From Nitrosopumilus sp. (GTDB lineage: Archaea; Thermoproteota; Nitrososphaeria; Nitrososphaerales; Nitrosopumilaceae), in contig OZ240211.1 in NCBI GenBank assembly GCA_965197525.1, forward strand, positions 160,001-224,000: DNA of 64,000 nucleotides, written 5' to 3'. The notes beneath the pieces are model-generated. The model was not told the DNA's origin. It searched no databases and was given only the letters and a program-made list of their open reading frames with translations. A program made the translations under genes and the position numbers. Positions 27,366 to 38,333 of the stretch are shown here, in pieces (position 1 is the stretch's first letter; each line of letters begins with the position of its first letter).

Positions 27366-29141
27366 ATGACAGCAGCAGGTAGAATTATTTGGGTGAGTGG
27401 CCCTGCTGTTAAAGCAGATGGCATGTCTTCTGCAAAGATGTACGAGACCGTTACTGTCGGTGACTCGAAGCTTATAGGTGAGGTCATCAGATTAACTGGC
27501 GATGTAGCATTTATCCAAGTTTACGAATCAACAAGCGGACTAAAACCAGGTGAGCCTGTAATCGGTACTGGAAATCCTCTTAGCGTTTTGTTAGGGCCTG
27601 GAATTATAGGGCAGATTTATGACGGTATTCAAAGACCGCTTCGAGATTTATCAAAGGTCTCAGGCTCATTTATCGGAAGAGGTATTACAACTAGTGCAGT
27701 TGATATGACAAAAAAACATCATTTTGTCCCAACTGTAAGTAATGGAGACAAAGTCTCTGCAGGCAATATAGTCGGAACTGTTCAAGAGACTGATCTTCTA
27801 GACCACTCCATTATGCTTCCACCGGATCACAAGGGTGGAAAGATTGCTAATCTGGTATCTGAGGGCGATTATGATTTAGAGACAGTTATTGCTACCATTG
27901 AGCGAGACGGTCATGAACCCACTCCACTTAAAATGTATCATAAATGGCCTGTTAGAAAACCACGTCCATATCAAAATAGATACGATCCTACAGTTCCGCT
28001 GTTAACTGGACAGCGTATTATAGATACATTCTTCCCAATAGCAAAAGGTGGTACTGGTTCAATTCCTGGAGCATTTGGAACAGGAAAGACTGTGACACTA
28101 CATCAGATTGCTAAATGGGCTGACTCCCAAGTTGTTGTTTACATTGGTTGCGGTGAGAGAGGAAACGAGATGACTGAAGTGCTAGTAGAGTTTCCACACT
28201 TAAAGGATCCACGTAGTGGAAAACCATTAATGGATAGGACTGTTCTTGTTGCAAATACCAGTAATATGCCGGTAGCTGCAAGAGAAGCAAGTATCTATAC
28301 CGGTGTAACTATTGCAGAATATTATCGAGATATGGGCAAAGATGTTGTTCTAGTAGCAGATTCCACTAGCCGATGGGCTGAATCATTAAGAGAGATGAGT
28401 GGAAGATTAGAGGAGATGCCTGCAGAAGAAGGCTATCCGTCGTATCTTGCATCACGATTAGCAGAATTTTATGAGAGAGCAGGACGTGTTAAAGCAGTAG
28501 GAAGTCCTGACAGAGACGGTTCAGTCACCCTTGTTGGTGCTGTATCCCCATCAGGTGGTGATTTTACGGAACCAGTAACTACACACACCATGAGATTTAT
28601 CAAGACTTTTTGGGCATTAGATGCAAAACTTGCATATTCTAGGCATTATCCATCCATTAACTGGATGGGTAGTTATTCAGGATATCTTAATGATGTATCA
28701 GAATGGTGGCACAAAAACGTCAACGAATCATGGTATAACATCCGACAGGAAATATATGTTATCCTGCAAAAAGAGGATACATTAAAAGAGATAGTCAAAC
28801 TTTTAGGACCTGATTCACTACCTGATGAAGAAAAACTCATACTTGAAGTTGCTAGAATGATCAAACTTGGAGTGCTACAACAAAACTCTTTTGATGACAT
28901 TGACACATATTGTAGCCCAGAAAAACAATTCAAACTTTTGGAGGTGTTAATGTCATTTTATAACCATGGGTTACAAGCGCTAAAACAAGGCGCACAACTC
29001 AAAGATATCACATCATTAGATATCGTTCCAACAATAACAAAGGCAAAAATGAGTATACCAGACAATGATTTGGACCAATTTGAAAAAATAAAATCCGACA
29101 TAGACAAACAATTTGGAACTTTAAAGTGTGTTGCCAAATAA
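27366..29141 (+). CDS. atpA: A/V-type ATP synthase subunit A (no other atp genes adjacent)
   Basis: Walker [39 protein letters not shown]; no intein. Confidence 0.96.
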   Translation: MTAAGRIIWVSGPAVKADGMSSAKMYETVTVGDSKLIGEVIRLTGDVAFIQVYESTSGLKPGEPVIGTGNPLSVLLGPGIIGQIYDGIQRPLRDLSKVSGSFIGRGITTSAVDMTKKHHFVPTVSNGDKVSAGNIVGTVQETDLLDHSIMLPPDHKGGKIANLVSEGDYDLETVIATIERDGHEPTPLKMYHKWPVRKPRPYQNRYDPTVPLLTGQRIIDTFFPIAKGGTGSIPGAFGTGKTVTLHQIAKWADSQVVVYIGCGERGNEMTEVLVEFPHLKDPRSGKPLMDRTVLVANTSNMPVAAREASIYTGVTIAEYYRDMGKDVVLVADSTSRWAESLREMSGRLEEMPAEEGYPSYLASRLAEFYERAGRVKAVGSPDRDGSVTLVGAVSPSGGDFTEPVTTHTMRFIKTFWALDAKLAYSRHYPSINWMGSYSGYLNDVSEWWHKNVNESWYNIRQEIYVILQKEDTLKEIVKLLGPDSLPDEEKLILEVARMIKLGVLQQNSFDDIDTYCSPEKQFKLLEVLMSFYNHGLQALKQGAQLKDITSLDIVPTITKAKMSIPDNDLDQFEKIKSDIDKQFGTLKCVAK

Positions 29142-29296
29142 TTTTAAGCACATAACAAACCATACCAGATAATCCAAAGCAATCTAGTTTATCATTTGGG
29201 AATCGATACCTATATTTGAAATTCAGTATATTTGCCCAAACTTCTCTGAAAATAACTGATTAAATCCTTTTAAATGAATTCTTAATTGTTAGCCCT

Positions 29297-29542
29297 ATGG
29301 CAATAAGTTCAGCAGCAGAATATGTGGATTTTTTTGTTAATCTGAATATGCCTGATGTCAGTTTGCTCAGTTTTGCTAATAATGAGAGAATGACTCTAAA
29401 ACATAGGCTAAAGTACAAGAATCAAGATGTCGAATCAATCAAGCTAGGAATATCTATTCTTGAAGGATTAATAAAGGATATTTCTATCATAGGTGAAAGG
29501 CAGATTATAGAGAGGTATGTAAATAAGGGTCTGTTGGATTAA
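29297..29542 (+). CDS. Hypothetical protein; C-terminus altered by TnpB-element insertion
   Basis: Last codons (GLLD*) come from the left TIR; removing the element restores ...YVNKK*. Confidence 0.7.
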   Translation: MAISSAAEYVDFFVNLNMPDVSLLSFANNERMTLKHRLKYKNQDVESIKLGISILEGLIKDISIIGERQIIERYVNKGLLD

Positions 29543-29605
29543 CGGGTGTTGATCAGAAATTACACCCATAACACTAAATATAGAAACCTTAAACCGTAAT
29601 ACTTA

Positions 29606-30814
29606 TTGAGAGCAATAAAGTCAATAGCACAAAAACATGCACCAAACTCTGACCTAATGGATATGATGATCACGTTCACAGACATGGTTAACCGTTGTAT
29701 CAAGATAGGGCTAAAGGAAGATACCCACAACATGAAACGGTTGTCTATGTTATGTTATCACGAATTACGTCACTACGACATCCTATCTTCATACAAACTC
29801 AATGCAATATCACGAGCGGCTGGCATCCTGGCAAACAGAGATCAGTCAGTCAAACGCGGTGTCAAAGTAAAAGATCCAATTATCAAAAATCCGTTTATCA
29901 CTAATTGTTACCGTATAAAACACAACGGCGCCTTACTCACAATTCCATACAAGCCAAGAAATCCAATTAACATCCTACTCAACGAACATACTCAAAAAAT
30001 ACTGTCGGATCCAGCCTTGAGAGTTCGCTCGTTTTCATTGACTGCTCTTAACATCAGTCTTTGTATTTCAAAAGAAGTACAGGAGATAGAGTGCACCAAA
30101 ACAGTAGGAGTAGACAGAAACCTTCGAAACGTCACATGCGGAAATGAAGAAGAGGTAACAGTCTACAAAACCAACAAGTTACTATCAATCAAAGAGAACA
30201 CAATACATGCCAGATCTGGTTTCCGTAGAAACGACAAAAGAAAGAAAGGTCAATTCTACAAAGAAAAACAGAGAAGAATGTCAAACAGAACAAAACAGTA
30301 CATACACAGAATCTCAAAAAACATAGTAGACAATGCAGTTAAGAAAAAAGCTGTCATTGTTCTAGAAAATCTAAAGGGAATTAGAAAACTGTACAGAAAA
30401 GGAAACGGTCAAGGCGACAAATACAGACGTAGATTGAACGGATGGCAATTCTTTGAACTACAAAGACAAATAGAGTACAAAGCCCAATGGGTCGGGCTAC
30501 CTGTAAAAACAGTAGACCCAAAAAACACGAGCACGCAGTGTCCAAGATGCGGAAAGAGACTCCAAGAGGACATGCAACAACATCGTAAATCATCGTGTAA
30601 TAATTGCGGTTTATTTATGGACAGGGATATCATCGCTGCCATGAACATATCACGCAAACTGTCTCCTAGGTTTAGAGATAGTAGAGATGGCATACATGAA
30701 GCGCAGTCCGGTGTTTTTGAACCGGCGATGGCGGAATCCTGCAGACCGGTAATCCGAATAGTCGATATGTCAAAGTCGAGTAGTCAATGTGTTGTTGATG
30801 GTTGTGGAATCTGA
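29606..30814 (+). CDS. tnpB: RNA-guided endonuclease TnpB
   Basis: Nearly identical to copy 3; catalytic D-E-D intact. Confidence 0.95.
   Translation: MRAIKSIAQKHAPNSDLMDMMITFTDMVNRCIKIGLKEDTHNMKRLSMLCYHELRHYDILSSYKLNAISRAAGILANRDQSVKRGVKVKDPIIKNPFITNCYRIKHNGALLTIPYKPRNPINILLNEHTQKILSDPALRVRSFSLTALNISLCISKEVQEIECTKTVGVDRNLRNVTCGNEEEVTVYKTNKLLSIKENTIHARSGFRRNDKRKKGQFYKEKQRRMSNRTKQYIHRISKNIVDNAVKKKAVIVLENLKGIRKLYRKGNGQGDKYRRRLNGWQFFELQRQIEYKAQWVGLPVKTVDPKNTSTQCPRCGKRLQEDMQQHRKSSCNNCGLFMDRDIIAAMNISRKLSPRFRDSRDGIHEAQSGVFEPAMAESCRPVIRIVDMSKSSSQCVVDGCGI
30659..30777 (+). ncRNA. Predicted omega-RNA scaffold (copy 4)
   Basis: Near-identical to the copy 3 scaffold. Confidence 0.68.
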
Positions 30815-30865
30815 CATGATCCTCAGCAGTCAACACCCGTTAACCCAACAGAACCTACATAAGAA

Positions 30866-31432
30866 ATGAATAACAATTCTGACGTAATCAAAACTGAGAT
30901 AATCAGAATACTCAATGAGAATGGAACTCTACGTGATATTGATCTTGTCAGACAAGTGGTCAAAAGAGTAGGCAATGAAAAAACTGTGTACAAAGAGATC
31001 GGTGCACTAGTTCAAGCAGGTGAGATCGAACGACGCGTTAACAGCAAAACATACATTGAATACGAGCTAGTTAATTTGTCCAAGGTAATAAGTAGCCAAT
31101 TAAAGGATCTATATCAAGATATTGAGATGATTTATACTAAGATCGATAATTTTCTAACCATATCTGATGAAGAGAGCTTTACCTTTTATGAGCGATTACG
31201 ATCTGTTATTCATCAAATACATATCGTACAGTCCACTGACGGAATTATGAGATTGCTTTCTTATTATCCTGCATTTAAAAAAGATCAAATGTATTCTCAG
31301 ATTACTAGAAAAATTACTGACTGTTGGGAGGCAATTATGGATAATATTGACCGCCAACCCGAAGACCGTTTTCTAAATGACGTTCTTGTAAATCTGAGAG
31401 TATCTCGACTTGACTCTAGAAATGAAAACTAG
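30866..31432 (+). CDS. Hypothetical protein with N-terminal winged-helix-like domain
   Basis: EIIRILNENGTLRDIDLVRQV...VYKEIGALVQAGEIER wHTH-like pattern. Confidence 0.7.
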   Translation: MNNNSDVIKTEIIRILNENGTLRDIDLVRQVVKRVGNEKTVYKEIGALVQAGEIERRVNSKTYIEYELVNLSKVISSQLKDLYQDIEMIYTKIDNFLTISDEESFTFYERLRSVIHQIHIVQSTDGIMRLLSYYPAFKKDQMYSQITRKITDCWEAIMDNIDRQPEDRFLNDVLVNLRVSRLDSRNEN

Positions 31433-31460
31433 ATGATGCTGATATGATTTTTAAGTATAG

Positions 31461-31715
31461 GTGACTGCGGTTAGTCATATGGATGTCAAAGACGGTGATA
31501 CCTCAGACGAATCAAAAAAGAACCATATTTTGTATTATCGCTCTCTTGTGAAAATAATCTCTGATATTGAATTTGAGATGAGTCAGGAAGGTGAACCTGC
31601 CATCAAAAGCCATCTAGGTGATAGGATAGACGCTATGGAGAAAGACAAAAAACGAATAAGGGAGATGTTCCCAGACGTTACTGAGGAACAGTGGGAGGAT
31701 GGCAACATCAGCTGA
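31461..31715 (+). CDS. Small hypothetical protein
   Basis: 84-aa ORF overlapping the next gene. Confidence 0.65.
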   Translation: MTAVSHMDVKDGDTSDESKKNHILYYRSLVKIISDIEFEMSQEGEPAIKSHLGDRIDAMEKDKKRIREMFPDVTEEQWEDGNIS

Positions 31716-31908
31716 AAAAAAGCACAACAAATACTTGGATCTACTTCATGACTACAAAATTCACCTAATAAAGTATATCGAGCACTTGGAGAAGCTCGAT
31801 AGAGAGTCACAGTTTGCAAAGGAGTGGAATAAATCAATTATTCAAGAGAGGCGAGATGAGGTACGAATTATAGACAGGATTTTAAAGAATCTTATACGTT
31901 TTTCCTAA
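31699..31908 (+). CDS. Small helical hypothetical protein
   Basis: 69-aa ORF, ATG start, overlaps the upstream gene. Confidence 0.65.
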   Translation: MATSAEKKHNKYLDLLHDYKIHLIKYIEHLEKLDRESQFAKEWNKSIIQERRDEVRIIDRILKNLIRFS

Positions 31909-32047
31909 TACGTTTTTGGTTATTATTGTATCATCATCATCATCATCATTATCATTATCAGTTGTTGTCTAGATGCAGTAAAGAAAAATATAATGATCGT
32001 AGTTAGGGAAATAAATCCATCCAGTTGGGCAACAAACCCAGTTATTG

Positions 32048-32263
32048 TTATGGATTCAGATTCTTAAACTCTAAGCATTTTTCATCAAATTCATTTAGAT
32101 ACTGCTTGGCATTGATCTTTGGATCTATGATGTATATCTCACAGGTCTCAGAATCAATAACTGGCATACCGGCTTTTTCACTATTACTGATAACTTGAAA
32201 GGTGAGAATTCCCACAAGTATGATTATTATCATGGTTGCAAATTTGGCAGAATACACATCCAT
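32048..32263 (-). CDS. Small membrane-anchored protein
   Basis: N-terminal TM helix, two Cys. Confidence 0.65.
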   Translation of the reverse strand: MDVYSAKFATMIIIILVGILTFQVISNSEKAGMPVIDSETCEIYIIDPKINAKQYLNEFDEKCLEFKNLNP

Positions 32264-32397
32264 AAACTATCTGAAAATTGCTTCAAACATAAGTGTAATC
32301 ATTGGATACGGCGTGCTGTATGTAACATGCAACAAGTCTTATAATTAGATGTGTCTGAAATCTTTTTGCTATTTTTCTTTTTGATACTTTGGAAATT

Positions 32398-34071
32398 TTA
32401 CGGCTTGGACCCGGTAGTTGCACCATGTGCTGCTGAACCCACCAGTGTTGCATACTTTGCAAGTGCACCTGTAGTGTAGTTAGGTTTGGGCTTGTGCCAC
32501 TGCTGTCTCCTGTTCTCTATCTCCTCTCCTGATACGTGAAGATCGATTATGCCTGTCCTGACATCGATTGTTATTTTGTCGCCATCTTTGACTAGGGCTA
32601 TGGGGCCGCCTACATATGCTTCAGGCGCAACATGACCTACCATGAATCCGCGCGTACCTCCTGAGAATCTTCCATCAGTTACCATTGCAACTTGTTTCCC
32701 TAATCCCTGACCTACAAGTGCTGCAGTAGTTGCCAACATCTCCCTCATTCCTGGACCTCCTTTTGGTCCTTCGTATCTGATTACCACTACGTCTCCAGGC
32801 TCAATCTCGCCTTTTGATACTGCATCAAATGCGTATTCTTCCCTATCAAACACGCGAGCTCTGCCTGTAAATTCTACCCTCTCGACTCCTGCTGTTTTAA
32901 TTACAGCACCTTCTGGCGCAAGACTTCCCTTGAGAATTACTGCAGTTCCTACCGCGTGTAGTGGTTCGTCTACTGTCTTTACTATGTGCTGTTCTACCTC
33001 TGGAATCTTTATCAGGTTGAGATTATCCTTGATTGTCTTGCCAGTAACTGTGACGCAACCCTCGTTTAGCAATTTCTTATCTAGCAATCTCTTTAACACA
33101 AATGGAATTCCGCCAATCTTGTCAAGCGAGTTCATGACATAGTTTCCACCAGGCTTCATATCTGCTAGATGGGGTGTTTTCTTTCTTATTCTTTCAAAAT
33201 CGTCATATGTCAAGTCGATGTTTACCTCATTTGCCAGTGCAAGTAAATGTAGTATTCCATTAGTTGATCCTCCGACGGAGTTTAACATTGTTATTGCGTT
33301 TTCAAATGCTTCAAATGTAAAGATCTCTTTTGGTCTAATATTATTCTCTAGCAGTGTTGTACATGCAACCCCCGTATCGTATACCATCTTGTCTCGCCTT
33401 GCATCTTCAGCTGGAGGGCTTGCACTTCCTGGCAATGCTATGCCTATCGCTTCTGATATTGATGCCATGGTATTTGCAGTAAACATCCCTCCGCAAGAAC
33501 CGGCGTTTGGGCATGCGGTATTTTCAATGTTTGTCAATGCCTCAAGTGATATCTCTCCTGCATCGTATGCACCAACTGCCTCGTATACATCAACTACTGT
33601 TAGCTCTCTTCCGTCTAACATTCCTGGCATGATGGTTCCACCATACACAAATACTGACGGAATGTTCAGTCTTGCCATTGCCATCATTGTTCCAGGCAGG
33701 CTCTTATCGCATCCTGCAATACCTACTAGAGCATCGTATTGATGTGCTCTTACCATTAGTTCAATAGAGTCTGCAATGACTTCACGAGAGACAAGCGATG
33801 ACTTCATTCCTTCGTGCCCCATTGCAATCCCGTCACTTACTGCAATCGTAGAGAATTCTCTTGGTGTTGCACCAGCATCTGTTATTCCTGCCTTGGCTTG
33901 TAGTGCCAATCTGGGAAGGTGAATGTTACATGGAGTGGCCTCATTTCCTGTATGGCACACCCCGATAAACTGTTTTGATAGGTCGTCATCATTTAGACCC
34001 ATAGCCTTGTACATTGCTCTGTGTGGCGCTCTGGCAGTGCCCTCTACTACGTTTCTGCTGGAGATTTCCAT
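32398..34071 (-). CDS. ilvD: Dihydroxy-acid dehydratase
   Basis: [48 protein letters not shown]. Confidence 0.97.
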   Translation of the reverse strand: MEISSRNVVEGTARAPHRAMYKAMGLNDDDLSKQFIGVCHTGNEATPCNIHLPRLALQAKAGITDAGATPREFSTIAVSDGIAMGHEGMKSSLVSREVIADSIELMVRAHQYDALVGIAGCDKSLPGTMMAMARLNIPSVFVYGGTIMPGMLDGRELTVVDVYEAVGAYDAGEISLEALTNIENTACPNAGSCGGMFTANTMASISEAIGIALPGSASPPAEDARRDKMVYDTGVACTTLLENNIRPKEIFTFEAFENAITMLNSVGGSTNGILHLLALANEVNIDLTYDDFERIRKKTPHLADMKPGGNYVMNSLDKIGGIPFVLKRLLDKKLLNEGCVTVTGKTIKDNLNLIKIPEVEQHIVKTVDEPLHAVGTAVILKGSLAPEGAVIKTAGVERVEFTGRARVFDREEYAFDAVSKGEIEPGDVVVIRYEGPKGGPGMREMLATTAALVGQGLGKQVAMVTDGRFSGGTRGFMVGHVAPEAYVGGPIALVKDGDKITIDVRTGIIDLHVSGEEIENRRQQWHKPKPNYTTGALAKYATLVGSAAHGATTGSKP

Positions 34072-34158
34072 GGTGTCGTTTTGATAGCGGCATAATTTAG
34101 ACTTTGATATTACTAATGATTAGTTGACTTTAAATTTGCATGTATTTTTGACCGGTTA

Positions 34159-34362
34159 GTGGAGCAAAAAGCATTAGAGTGTCCTGTATGTAAAGGTAAT
34201 AAAGCAGAGATTGCAGGTAAGGATATAAAACTTGGCGGCAGGTTTGAGGATAAAGAGTTTCTGACAGCTCCATTAACTGTGCTCCGTTGTTCTACATGTG
34301 GTTATTACATGTTCTTTGATAAAATGGCTCAATTTACAACTAGGAACTCATCTTCTGACTAG
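34159..34362 (+). CDS. Small zinc-ribbon protein
   Basis: CPVC and CSTC pairs; GTG start. Confidence 0.6.
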   Translation: MEQKALECPVCKGNKAEIAGKDIKLGGRFEDKEFLTAPLTVLRCSTCGYYMFFDKMAQFTTRNSSSD

Positions 34363-34641
34363 TTGGCCGTCTTATCGGTTTTGTGTTTTGTTCTTGTTAT
34401 TGTGTTTGTATGATCTTTTTTAACTACTCTTGTATGTGTAAAAATATTTTGATATTGATTAACTACATCTGTTAAACCATATTGAATTGTCGTAGGCGTA
34501 ACTACAATCAAAACAGTCATCATCTCAAACACACATAATAATAATTATATTACATCCAAACGAATCAGTAATTGAGAAAAAACATTCTAACAGTATGCTA
34601 TATCTTGTAGACTATATTACTGGCCATGTTTTTTTCTTCGT

Positions 34642-35238
34642 TTATTTGACTAGTGGCTGATTATCCAGCTGTACAAGGTTATCTTCTATCTCTTCTGGAG
34701 TCTCGCCGCCAAATAGAATTAGTATTCTGTCTTCTTCTTCTATTTCGTACTCTCTTATGTCATCTACCTTTTCTCTATTTATGAAAAAGTGCAACGTATA
34801 GTCTTCATCTGTACAAAACTGTTTTCCATCTGGAAATATGTAACATTGATCATCAATACCTATCCCTAACGTCTCAAACAGGTATCCCAATGTTACCCCT
34901 GTCGCATGCTTGTGAACTGTGGTGCCGTCTCTGCCTTCAAAGTGAATCCAACTTGACTTGATTTGAAATGCTGGACTGGAAAAATCAAACGTATCGCCAA
35001 ATATCTTTACAAGCATTGCTGCATGTGAGTGCTCACTGCCCAATGCCCCAAAATCATCAGGTATTCCGGGGGCTGAGTTATCTAGATTTACAAACAGAAA
35101 TGACGCATATCCTACAATAACTCCGATAACTGCCAACACTCCAATAGCTATGAGTGTCTGTTTTCTTTTTTCAGCCGAGTGTTTAGTAGCATAATTTTCA
35201 CGTTTTGCCTCACGTTCTCGTCTCTCTTTTCTGCCCAT
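34642..35238 (-). CDS. Membrane-anchored hypothetical protein
   Basis: Basic N-terminus, one TM helix, HSHA / IHFEG / VHKH histidine motifs. Confidence 0.75.
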   Translation of the reverse strand: MGRKERREREAKRENYATKHSAEKRKQTLIAIGVLAVIGVIVGYASFLFVNLDNSAPGIPDDFGALGSEHSHAAMLVKIFGDTFDFSSPAFQIKSSWIHFEGRDGTTVHKHATGVTLGYLFETLGIGIDDQCYIFPDGKQFCTDEDYTLHFFINREKVDDIREYEIEEEDRILILFGGETPEEIEDNLVQLDNQPLVK

Positions 35239-35598
35239 TGGTCGTTCTCGCTATGAAATTTACCCTAATAAACCATACAAAATGAGATTCCAGTAAATCT
35301 AGATGGTTTGCTGTGACACTGCGCAAAAACGACGTTTTTCGCCTTTTTCTGAATTTGGCCTTGCGTTATTGAAATAAATGTTGTCAGTTGCTACACTGTG
35401 ATCTGTATTTTATCTATACCTACAAGTACTTTGAATCATTTTGCAGATCTTTTTGTAAATTTAGCTAGTCATCAGCTGCACATCTCTTCTGGATGATTGT
35501 ATACCATCTTTTTGCAGTTTTAATTAGAGGGACACAGTTGATTAATCAAAATACAAACTATCCATAAATGTTTTTAACTAGCTGTTTGAAATGATTAC

Positions 35599-36345
35599 AT
35601 GAATAATCTGTATCTTGTGCTTGTGATTGTACTAGTTGGAGGCATTACTGCAACGACTGCAACTTTTGCTCAAAGTGACTTGTCAATACCCGAATGGGTA
35701 CGAAATACTGCTGTGTGGTGGGGTCAAGGCGATATAGGTGATTCAGAGTTTGTCAATCTTTTACAGTTTCTAATTGACAAAAATATAATCATTATACCTA
35801 CCGCTACTGACAATCAATCCCAAATTCAGGAATTGGAAGATAAGATAGAACAGTTGCAGAGTTCTAATACAGTATCAATCAAGAATGCCTATGACAGAGG
35901 ATATGCAGATGGAAAGAATGCAGCCTCCTCATCCTCTTTCACATCACCACCACCACCAAGTCATACTGCTGACTCTTCAACTCTTGGAATAGTCCATGGT
36001 ATAGTTACCAAAAACATTGATGGCAATACAATAGATATATCCGGAGAGCGCATAAGATCTCCATTTGTATGGGTTGCGGACTCAGGCAACAAGACCGCTG
36101 AGCATGCCATGTATGCAAGAGAGTTGTGTCCTGAAGGATCTGCTGCACATTATGACATTGACGACAACCAACCAGTTGGCAAATACGGCAGAACCATTGC
36201 GATGGTATGGTGTGAGGGGCAGACAAAATCCCTTGATCAGCTTATGGTGGAATCCGGATTGGGATGGATAAAACAGTACTATTGCCAAAAGTCAGAGTTC
36301 CGAGATTTGGATTGGGTCAATAACTGCCAAGACAGCTTACCGTAA
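35599..36345 (+). CDS. Secreted protein: thaumarchaeal IPxW..WW domain plus staphylococcal-nuclease-like domain (degenerate active site)
   Basis: Signal peptide; IPEWVRNTAVWWGQGDIGDSEFVNLLQFLI; IDGNT..RIR..GKYGRTIA..LMVESGLG. Confidence 0.7.
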   Translation: MNNLYLVLVIVLVGGITATTATFAQSDLSIPEWVRNTAVWWGQGDIGDSEFVNLLQFLIDKNIIIIPTATDNQSQIQELEDKIEQLQSSNTVSIKNAYDRGYADGKNAASSSSFTSPPPPSHTADSSTLGIVHGIVTKNIDGNTIDISGERIRSPFVWVADSGNKTAEHAMYARELCPEGSAAHYDIDDNQPVGKYGRTIAMVWCEGQTKSLDQLMVESGLGWIKQYYCQKSEFRDLDWVNNCQDSLP

Positions 36346-36393
36346 CGCTACAGAGTCTTAAAACAATAAATAAAATCAAACGGTCATCTCTTT

Positions 36394-36804
36394 ATGACTT
36401 GTATTTTTTGTGATATTTTAGATGACAGACGCGATGCACACTTTATCTACAAAGACAAGTCACATGTAGCCTTTTTAGACAAATATCCAATTGATGTTGG
36501 ACATGCCTTGATCATTCCAAGAGAACATCATGAACGAATCACTGATATGAGTCATGACGATGTTGGGAATCTCTTCTCCATTGTGCCCAAGGTAGCAGAG
36601 GCGGTATTATCTGCGACACATGCTGATGCGTTTAGTATTGGACAAAACAACGGACGGGCAGCCAAGCAGATAATCCCTCATGTTCATGTACATATAATTC
36701 CTAGATACAACAGTAAGGGATCCATATGGACCAAACGCCAGATTACCAGCGATGGTGATTTGGCAGAACTTGCATCAAAGATTCGTGCTATACTTGTTAC
36801 TTAG
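36394..36804 (+). CDS. HIT family hydrolase
   Basis: CIFC start and IPHVHVHIIPR histidine triad. Confidence 0.93.
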   Translation: MTCIFCDILDDRRDAHFIYKDKSHVAFLDKYPIDVGHALIIPREHHERITDMSHDDVGNLFSIVPKVAEAVLSATHADAFSIGQNNGRAAKQIIPHVHVHIIPRYNSKGSIWTKRQITSDGDLAELASKIRAILVT

Positions 36805-38080
36805 AAGAATGACCTGGATTATATCTCAAGATTGCACCAACCTTACCGAGGCTTCCAAGATTATTCCCGTATTCTGTGCTACCTGATATGACTTCTAAAT
36901 GTGTACCTGTCTTTGCTGCTAGTATCTCTAGATAGTCTACAATATCTTGCTCGTTGACATCTACCTCCATTGCGTTACAGTTAGGGCATGGATTGTTAGA
37001 GTACTCTGTCTTTTTTGGAATGACTAACTTTCGTTCTACTATGTCTTCTTGTATGTGCTCGCATCGTTTACATTTTGCATTGATTTTATACAAGTTTGTA
37101 TTATCTGTGATTATCAAAGTTTGCACTACATTGTTTTTTAGATACTCTATTACTTCTTGTAATCCGTATGAGCCTTTTCCGGTGTTTGAGTTGATCTCTC
37201 TGAACAGATCTTCTACTAGTTTCTTCTCTTCTACCATTCTGAAGTTGCCTAAAATGTCTGAGGATTTTGTGAATGCTTCTCTTATACCTTCTGGACCCGA
37301 GTATGATGCATCAATTGTTGATATGATGTTGTTTTGTAATCTGTACTCTAGGTAATTCCCATTGATAAAATCCTCTTTTGTAGGTCCGGGACCTGAAATT
37401 ATCAATCCCTTGACTGGATAGATATCAATAAAGTACTCTCTTGTAGTTTGTGCGACTCTGTTATAGTAGTATGTTAATTCCATCTCTCTGAGTTTTTGAA
37501 ATCTCTTTGCAGACTGCCCTCCCTGTCTGTGCTTTCCTGCAACTCCTGAACCTGTATGATCCAAAACCTCAATCTTGTCTCCTTGGAGCAGTCCCCATCC
37601 TGCATCCTTTGCATCAATTGCAAGAAATCCTATCAGATTGTCATCTTTTAGCATATCTTTTAGTATATCTACATGAAAATGATCATCACATCTGTACAGA
37701 TATTGCTTCAAATCTTTTGGGGGATCAATCTCCCATACTTTTACTACCTCGCTACCTAACGGACCTCCTTCTTCGGGGGGTAATGCACCACAAAACATCA
37801 CTAGTCCTCTCTCAGGCGTCTTTTTGTACATCTTTAGCCTCTGCACAACTTTACCTAGTGAATCCACTACGTGGCTTCTTGTAAGATCTGACTTTATGTT
37901 GTCAGCTGTTCCCTGTTCTTGTTGAAGTGTGTTGATAATCTCGTGTAACTGCTTTCCTTTTGGAATGTATACTGTGATGAGTTCTGTTCCTCTACCTGAT
38001 TTGTTTGATAACTCTTCTAGTGTCTTTCTGATCTTGTAGAGTTTTACCGAATCTTGTTTTTCGATGTTAATTTTTGGCAT
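36797..38080 (-). CDS. prf1: Archaeal peptide chain release factor 1 (aRF1)
   Basis: NIKS, YRCDDHF and GGQSAKRF motifs. Confidence 0.97.
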   Translation of the reverse strand: MPKINIEKQDSVKLYKIRKTLEELSNKSGRGTELITVYIPKGKQLHEIINTLQQEQGTADNIKSDLTRSHVVDSLGKVVQRLKMYKKTPERGLVMFCGALPPEEGGPLGSEVVKVWEIDPPKDLKQYLYRCDDHFHVDILKDMLKDDNLIGFLAIDAKDAGWGLLQGDKIEVLDHTGSGVAGKHRQGGQSAKRFQKLREMELTYYYNRVAQTTREYFIDIYPVKGLIISGPGPTKEDFINGNYLEYRLQNNIISTIDASYSGPEGIREAFTKSSDILGNFRMVEEKKLVEDLFREINSNTGKGSYGLQEVIEYLKNNVVQTLIITDNTNLYKINAKCKRCEHIQEDIVERKLVIPKKTEYSNNPCPNCNAMEVDVNEQDIVDYLEILAAKTGTHLEVISGSTEYGNNLGSLGKVGAILRYNPGHSSK

Positions 38081-38333
38081 GTATTATCCCCTGTCTTTTA
38101 TCTGTAAATATTTACTGTTGTTCACGTATGTTTTAGGCTACCTTTTATACTGAATGTAGTTCGTTGGATGTGCATGTAAAGAGGATGATGAAGAAGAATA
38201 AACAGAATGACTGTCTGTATACGCACATTTTTGTCAGTTGATATTAACTATGGTATTGTATCTTTCTCATATCTGTTCATCTATGTTTTTACATTGTCTG
38301 ATTACACGTTGACTGATTGATACTATCTATTCA

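Larger units (their letters stand above)
29528..30855 (+). mobile_element. TnpB-only element, TIR family C (copy 4)
   Basis: Left TIR has a 1-nt deletion and a substitution; right TIR intact; TSD TAAATAAG (29520-27) / TACATAAG (30856-63), 7/8. Confidence 0.9.

Noticed and set aside
31930-31960. (CAT)n tract downstream of the 31699 gene
   Set aside because: Simple slippage repeat in intergenic DNA with no evident link to a promoter or ORF.
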